From contig JBGANF010000047.1 of the NCBI GenBank assembly GCA_044222475.1, forward strand, positions 1 to 51,580: a stretch of 51,580 bases of DNA. Reading direction: 5' to 3'. Shown piece by piece: positions 47,304 through 51,580 of this stretch. The DNA comes from Polyangiaceae bacterium (lineage in GTDB: Bacteria > Myxococcota_A > Polyangia > Polyangiales > Polyangiaceae). Made by a program: the position numbers and the translations under genes. The notes under the pieces were generated by a model. The model worked only from the letters and a program-made list of their open reading frames with translations, did no database searches and was not told the origin of the DNA. Positions within the stretch are counted from its first letter, which is position 1; every line of letters begins with the position of its first letter.

Positions 47304-47723
47304 ATGAGCCTCCTCTCCAAGCTCAAGCGTCTCACCGGCCGCCCGGCAGAGCCGCCGCCACCCGATCCCCTCGCCGAGCTCGACGCGGTGATCGCCAAGC
47401 TCGAGCAAGCGCGAGCCGACGCGAAGAAGGTCCTCATCCACCACCAGAGCGGCGACCGCACGGCGTTGCAGGAAGCGGTGAGGCGCGTCGAAGCCAAGAT
47501 CGACGAGGCCCAGGCGAAGCGGAAGATCATCGCGGCGCGCGTCGCCCGGGTGCAGCGCGTGAAGGAGCTCACGCTCGAGATGCGCGAGATCAACGCCGAG
47601 GCGAAGCGCGTGCACGACTCCGGCGGCAGCGAGGAGCGCATCGCCGAGCTGCGAAAGCGTGCGGCCGAGATCGACATCGAAGCGGCCGAGCTCCGCCGCG
47701 GGCGTGAAAGCGAAGAGACCTGA
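47304..47723 (+). CDS. Coiled-coil protein (weakly PspA-like)
   Basis: Amphipathic MSLLSKLKRL N-terminus and an all-helical body. Confidence 0.55.
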   Translation: MSLLSKLKRLTGRPAEPPPPDPLAELDAVIAKLEQARADAKKVLIHHQSGDRTALQEAVRRVEAKIDEAQAKRKIIAARVARVQRVKELTLEMREINAEAKRVHDSGGSEERIAELRKRAAEIDIEAAELRRGRESEET

Positions 47724-47739
47724 TAAGCTGAGGTGCACG

Positions 47740-49299
47740 ATGGCTCGGAGAGGCATCTCTAGGCGCAGCTTCTTCACCACCGTGGCCGGCGCGGCGATCG
47801 TCCCGGTGCTCGGGTGCAAGAGCGATCCGCAACCCGGCCTCGACGCCGAGGCGATCGTCATCGGCAGCGGCTTCGGCGGCGCGGTCGCCACCCTGCGCCT
47901 CACCCAAGCCGGCGTGCGCACGATCCTCATCGAGCGCGGGCGGCGCTGGCCGATCAAGCCCACCGGCGACACGTTCGCCACGTTCGACAAAGCCGACGAG
48001 CGCTGCGCGTGGCTCAGCCTCAACACGAACTTCCCCGGCGCGCCGTTCGCGCGCTTCGAGAAGAAGCACGTCGGCGTGCTCGAGAACTTCACCGCGCGCG
48101 GGACGAGCGTCGTGGTGGGCTCGTGCTACGGCGGCGGCTCGGTGGTCTACGGAGCGACGCTGGTGCAGCCGCCGCAGAAGCTCTTCGAGAAGGTGTTCCC
48201 CGCCGGGGTCGACTACGCGGAGATGGCGGCCACGTACTACCCGCGCGCGCGCCAGATGATCGGCGTGGGTCCGGTCCCCGACGACGTGCTCGCCGCGCCG
48301 ACGTACCTGTCGGCCCGAAAGTTCTTCGAGGACTGCGCGAAGGCCGGCGTGAACGTGTTCAAGAACGACGTCGGCGCGGACTGGAACCTCGTCCGCGACG
48401 AGATCGCCGGCAAGCTCGTGCCGTCGGCGTCCATCGGGCAGATCGTGTACGGCGCGAACAGCGGCGCGAAGAACTCGGTGGATCGCAGCTACCTCGCCTT
48501 GGCCGAGAAGACCGGCCTGGTCGACGTGCGCACCCAACACGTCGTCACCGAGATCTCCAAGGACGATCTCGGCTACGCGGTGCGCTGCGATCAGATCGAC
48601 CAAGAGGGAAACGTCCTCGCGTCGGTCGTCCTCCGCGCGAAGTCGGTCTTCCTCGCCGCCGGATCCATCGGGACGTCGAAGCTGCTCGTCAAGGCGAAGG
48701 CGCGCGGGACGCTGCCGGCGCTGAACGAGCACGTCGGCCGCTACTGGGGAAACAACGGCGACTACGTGCTCGCGCGCGAGATCGGGATCGACACGCTCGG
48801 GATCCAAGGCGGTCCGCCCTGCGGGATGGTCTTCGATCACGACAACCCGATCACGGCCGTGTCGCTCGACCACGGCACCGCGTCGACCGGGCTCGAGTGC
48901 AAGTGCCAGCCGATCCTCTGCATGGGGCTCGCCCCGGCGACCGGCACGTTCGCCTACGACTCGGCCACCGCCGACGTCACGCTCACGTGGGATCCCACCG
49001 TGACGAACACCATCGCCGACGCGGCCCGCGCCTCGATCGAGAAGATCAACGCCGCCGCCGGGGGCACCGTCCTCGACGTCGGCAAGTTACTTGGAAACTA
49101 CACGTATCACCCGCTGGGCGGCGCAGTGATGGGCAAGGCGTGCGACCTGTACGGCCGCGTGCTGGGGTACCCGGGCCTCTACGTGATCGACGGAGCGCTC
49201 CTCGAAGGCTCGGCCGGCGGAGTGAACCCGGCGCTGACGATCACCGCAATCGCCGAACGCTGCATCGAGCGCGTGATCAAAGAAGACTTCACGCGCTGA
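47740..49299 (+). CDS. Tat-exported cholesterol oxidase-type GMC oxidoreductase
   Basis: SRRSFF Tat motif and LGC lipobox. IGSGFGG, GGGSVVY, WGNNGD, YHPLGG and VNP.LTI.AIAER motifs. Confidence 0.85.
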   Translation: MARRGISRRSFFTTVAGAAIVPVLGCKSDPQPGLDAEAIVIGSGFGGAVATLRLTQAGVRTILIERGRRWPIKPTGDTFATFDKADERCAWLSLNTNFPGAPFARFEKKHVGVLENFTARGTSVVVGSCYGGGSVVYGATLVQPPQKLFEKVFPAGVDYAEMAATYYPRARQMIGVGPVPDDVLAAPTYLSARKFFEDCAKAGVNVFKNDVGADWNLVRDEIAGKLVPSASIGQIVYGANSGAKNSVDRSYLALAEKTGLVDVRTQHVVTEISKDDLGYAVRCDQIDQEGNVLASVVLRAKSVFLAAGSIGTSKLLVKAKARGTLPALNEHVGRYWGNNGDYVLAREIGIDTLGIQGGPPCGMVFDHDNPITAVSLDHGTASTGLECKCQPILCMGLAPATGTFAYDSATADVTLTWDPTVTNTIADAARASIEKINAAAGGTVLDVGKLLGNYTYHPLGGAVMGKACDLYGRVLGYPGLYVIDGALLEGSAGGVNPALTITAIAERCIERVIKEDFTR

Positions 49300-49312
49300 A
49301 GAGCATCGCCGT

Positions 49313-49690
49313 TCACCCGAGCGAAGAGAGCGCGCCACGGGACCCGCCGAGCTCGGCCTGCGCGAACTCCACGAACGCGCGCACGCGGGCCGGCAGGTGC
49401 TGTCGCCCCGCATAGCAGAGGTAGAGCGTCCACGGCGCCGGAGCGAATTGCGCGAGGATGGGCACGAGGCGTCCCGACGCGAGGTGCGACGCGACGTAGT
49501 ATTCGGGAGGCTGCGCGATGCCGAGCCCCAAGACGGCGGCATCGCATCCGGTGTCGACGTCGTTCACCACGATGCGCGGCCTCGGCGCAATCACGAGCTC
49601 TCGGCGACCCGACCGGAACACCATGGGCGCGAGCGCACCCGTCGCTGGGTGCCGGTAGACGACGCATCCCGAACGACCTCTGAGGTCGCT
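49313..49690 (-). pseudogene. LysR-type regulator fragment (C-terminal substrate-binding half only)
   Basis: VND......AAV.GLGIAQ.P...V..HL.SGRLV.IL...P.RVRAFVEF. No HTH and no start codon. Confidence 0.75.
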
Positions 49691-49737
49691 TGGCACATTC
49701 TGGCGCTCCGGATCCCCGATATTCGTTGCATTTCGTG

Positions 49738-49752
49738 CGGCACGCTCGTTGC
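49738..49752 (+). promoter_or_regulatory. Putative sigma54 promoter
   Basis: CGGCACGCTCGTTGC ends 13 nt before the ATG at 49766. Confidence 0.65.
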
Positions 49753-49765
49753 GTCCAGGGCAGCC

Positions 49766-51004
49766 ATGCGAAGCGGACCGCTCCTTTTCGTCTCGTTGCT
49801 CGCAACCGGTTGTTCGGCGGCGACACCGACGCCCGCACTCGATGGCTCGTACGACGTCACGGTCACGGCGAAGATCCCCAACCGAAATCTCGGCGATGCC
49901 CCGCCGAGCAACGGCGTCCACGCCCGGCTCGACGTCAGGCAGGGCGGTGGCGGTTACGAGTGCGTCGTGACGCCGGACTTCGGTGAGCCAGGGGTCGGAA
50001 CCTGCGTGCTCGCGAGTGGTGCCTTCCACATCACGCTCGGTGGAGTCCACGTGGCCGCGAAAGCGAGCATCGAAGACGACCAATGGCGCTCGATGACGCT
50101 TCCCGTGTCCGGTGGGGCGTTCGCCGGCACGGCGTCGCTCGACGTCCGAGAGTTCTCCTGGAGCGCGGACAGTCAGACCTACGTGGATTTCGAAGCGACC
50201 GGAACGGTCGTCGTCGATGCACGTCCGCCGACGGTTCAGTTGGCTGGACGGCCGACGGCGGACGGCAAATATCTACCCTGGGATTCGATCGGCGTCGTCG
50301 TCGAAGAGCCGGTCGATCCGACCTCGTTCGCGAGCGCCGCGAAAGCCAAGATCGGAACGACGACCGTCGTGCTTGCGCCTGCGTCGGCTTCTTGGGCGGG
50401 CTCGACGACGTTCGTAGGGTCGATGCCGGTCACGGCGGCGGGAGCGGGGCTGATTACGATCGGAGCGCTCACCGATCGCAACGGCACGAGCGGCTTCGCC
50501 ACGACATTCCCATTCGAGGTCCTGGACATCGGCACTCCTGCCGCCGTGTTCGACTTCGATGGAAACGACTCATCCCAAGTTGGGACATGGGCCAATCCCG
50601 TCGTCGACAGCGGAAGCGCTTGCGAAACCGGTGGGTGCATCCGCCTGGGGCCCACGGGAAACGCAGGGTGCCGTGCACCCCCGAACCCCGGCATCGCAGG
50701 TCGGCTCACGAGCGGGGCGACGATGCTGACGCTGAGGGCACGCGGAGCGACCGACACCGTGTACCCGCCTGGCTCGCTCGGATACCCATCGGGAGGGCTG
50801 GAAGTCGACGTCGTCGACACCGCAGGGGTGAAGAAAACCCAGTCGGTGAACCTAGCCAAGCTCGTCGCCGGATGGATGACGATCTCCATCCCGATTGCTG
50901 ACGCGGTGGCATTTGCGGTGCATGAAGCCATCTCGCCGGAGTGCGGTCCCTACCCGATACCATCGACCACGACAGTGTGGGTCGACGCGATTCACGCGCA
51001 GTGA
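49766..51004 (+). CDS. Beta-rich surface lipoprotein with Ig-like domain
   Basis: MRSGPLLFVSLLATGC lipobox and an Ig-like D..PP...EPVD...L.D..G segment. Confidence 0.7.
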   Translation: MRSGPLLFVSLLATGCSAATPTPALDGSYDVTVTAKIPNRNLGDAPPSNGVHARLDVRQGGGGYECVVTPDFGEPGVGTCVLASGAFHITLGGVHVAAKASIEDDQWRSMTLPVSGGAFAGTASLDVREFSWSADSQTYVDFEATGTVVVDARPPTVQLAGRPTADGKYLPWDSIGVVVEEPVDPTSFASAAKAKIGTTTVVLAPASASWAGSTTFVGSMPVTAAGAGLITIGALTDRNGTSGFATTFPFEVLDIGTPAAVFDFDGNDSSQVGTWANPVVDSGSACETGGCIRLGPTGNAGCRAPPNPGIAGRLTSGATMLTLRARGATDTVYPPGSLGYPSGGLEVDVVDTAGVKKTQSVNLAKLVAGWMTISIPIADAVAFAVHEAISPECGPYPIPSTTTVWVDAIHAQ

Positions 51005-51205
51005 CCGCTCAGAGGGCGTGCGCCGCGATCCACACCGCCGAGCCCACCGACGACAGCACGCTCAGCGCCATCGCGACCGAGCGACTACGAAGCGCGGCAT
51101 CTCCACCGCGACGGTCCCATCTTGGTACGCTCGTTTGAGCGTGATGCGCACGAGCCCGTCCGCCTTCTGCGTGATTTGAAGCCGCTGCCGAGGAAGACTT
51201 GTCCA

Positions 51206-51580
51206 TCACGCCATGAGGCGCCGGAACAGGGGCGGACCCTCTCCGAGGCGGAAGCTGGTCAGGAACTCCTTCAGGTCCGACCAATCGAACGTGACCGTCG
51301 CGTTCGTGTAGTGCTCGCCGTCTCGGGTGATCTCCCCCGCGAGCGTCGTCAGCGTCTCCTTCGGCGAGAAGAAGCGCACGTTCTTCTTTCCGACGAAGCG
51401 ATACCGGGCGCCATCGTCCCCGCGGAACGCGAGCTCGTAGCGCATGATGCGCTGCCACGGCATCCCCACGATCAGCGTGCCCTCGAGCGGTGCTCCGCGC
51501 GCGACCCGCTCCAGGTCGACCTCGCCCCGAAGGTCCATCGTCTTCGCGGTGAACATCCGCCGGTAGTGGCGCGCCTCGAC
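51206..51580 (-). CDS. Hypothetical protein (5'-partial)
   Basis: Open to the window edge. MRYEL.F....G.RYRF.GKK...TLTTL...FL.SFR resembles accessory domains of some GMC oxidases. Confidence 0.55.
   Translation of the reverse strand, partial: VEARHYRRMFTAKTMDLRGEVDLERVARGAPLEGTLIVGMPWQRIMRYELAFRGDDGARYRFVGKKNVRFFSPKETLTTLAGEITRDGEHYTNATVTFDWSDLKEFLTSFRLGEGPPLFRRLMA

Noticed and set aside
51009..51206. 65-aa ORF with a C-terminal hydrophobic segment on the minus strand
   Set aside because: It overlaps the upstream stop plausibly but has no recognisable motif, so support is too weak to list.

Overview
High-GC window that reads like a Myxococcota (Polyangiaceae/Labilithrix-like) chromosome. 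This is inferred from MYXO-CTERM-like tails, Cys-rich lipoproteins and several sigma54 promoters. Core genes include tamB plus a large Omp85, rplM-rpsI, surA, an acyl-CoA dehydrogenase pair and several hydrolases. Four things stand out. (1) A ~9.6 kb multiheme cytochrome locus (6831-16429) encodes about 61 c-heme motifs: a NapC/NirT quinol dehydrogenase, an outer-membrane beta-barrel, 13- and 25-heme cytochromes, a collagen-stalked 6-heme lipoprotein and a CxxxxCH-type 13-heme protein. Together they look like a complete extracellular electron-transfer conduit. (2) A ~420 nt ORF-poor, stem-rich region (38753-39175) lies directly behind a near-consensus sigma54 promoter and is a candidate novel ncRNA. 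(3) Two inverted four-helix-bundle genes bracket a 6 kb accessory block. One is truncated and fused into the 3' end of surA. The other has a long hairpin and hexamer microsatellites upstream, and shares a 27-nt motif with a 222-bp palindrome that sits in frame in the Omp85 5' end. (4) Eleven genes share an exact TANNNT-N6-start signature that suggests leaderless transcripts. No tRNA, rRNA, CRISPR array, transposase or integrase was seen. Family names come from motif recognition, not from database searches.
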